From Catajapyx aquilonaris (Eukaryota), in NCBI GenBank assembly GCA_000934665.2, contig JYFJ02001569.1, positions 56,574 to 76,573 of the forward strand: 20,000 nt of DNA, in the 5' to 3' direction. The position numbers and the translations under genes were made by a program. This document shows positions 19,405 to 20,000 of the stretch, piece by piece. Every line of letters begins with the position of its first letter. Within the stretch, counting starts at the first letter, position 1. The notes under the pieces were generated by a model. The model made no database searches. It worked only from the letters and a program-made list of their open reading frames with translations, and was not told where the DNA came from.

Positions 19405-19793
19405 CAGTACCGTTCATAAAGAATGGAACGACTCTATATGGACGGAATGTTTATTCTGTTCCCAAGCCTTGGGTCGCCAGCATGTTTTTAGGGGTCATGA
19501 GGAAGTCAGGGAAAAGGGGATCAAAATAAAAGAAAAAAGAAAAGAAAAAAACAAAGCTAAGTGGGATAATTTAAGGGGGGAAATTCACATCAAATCTACG
19601 TAAGCATTGCACCGGGTTGAACATTTCGGTCATTAAAAATTTTATTTAAAAATCGGGATGGGTCATACGAGTCACCAGAGGTCCAGAAGAGGTTGTCCTT
19701 AGGGTTTTGTCGAATTAAGGTTGGGAATAATGCTCGATAATCAGGATAAACATTTCGTCTATAGAGTCGTACCATTCTTTATGAGCGGGACTG
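19405..19793. mobile_element. Tc1/mariner-type MITE (TA TSD, CAGT termini)
   Basis: ~54-bp TIR CAGTACCGTTCATAAAGAATGGAACGACTCTATA...ATGTTTATTCTG versus 19742-19793. TA at 19403-19404 and 19794-19795. Confidence 0.85.
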
Positions 19794-20000
19794 TACTATA
19801 TACGACAGATAGTTTCATACCCCCCGCAAACGAGCTTTATCCTGGCTATCCTAAGCAACCCGCACGGCATGATAACAGAAGCGAGTCAGCGGCAACAGGG
19901 CTTGGGGGTGTTGCCCGGCTACGGAACCAGGTGGGGGTCGCTGGGCTGACCTTGCGTACCCCGTAAGCGATAAAGCTTCTTTTTTTTGACATTTTTTGAC

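Noticed and set aside
16958..20000. Further ihog exons (Ig4/FN3)
   Set aside because: No Ig or FN3 motifs with matching splice sites were seen. The region is mostly transposon-derived, so the next exon is probably beyond the window.

Overview
Repeat-rich animal genomic DNA, probably arthropod. The main gene is on the + strand and encodes an immunoglobulin-superfamily receptor of the Ihog/Boi (CDON/BOC) Hedgehog co-receptor type. Four coding exons are visible: 8072-8162 (signal peptide), 8754-9007, 15891-16098 and 16532-16957, giving about 326 codons and three Ig domains, and the gene continues beyond the window. The 6.9-kb second coding intron appears to use a non-canonical GC donor. Upstream on the - strand, and largely missed by the ORF track, lie two adjacent, unrelated, intron-retaining pseudogenes with short introns (80-114 bp): the C-terminal half of a farnesyl-diphosphate-synthase-like gene (6192-5453) and a BTG/Tob-family (BTG3/4-like) gene (4885-4182). 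The rest is a dense patchwork of non-autonomous DNA transposons recognised by terminal inverted repeats (TIRs) and target-site duplications (TSDs): Tc1/mariner, PIF/Harbinger, Sola, piggyBac and hAT types, a DINE-1/Helentron-like element and several long foldbacks, some nested or internally rearranged. There is also a tRNA-derived SINE, a mariner transposase remnant and microsatellites. All family assignments come from motif recognition by eye, not database searches.
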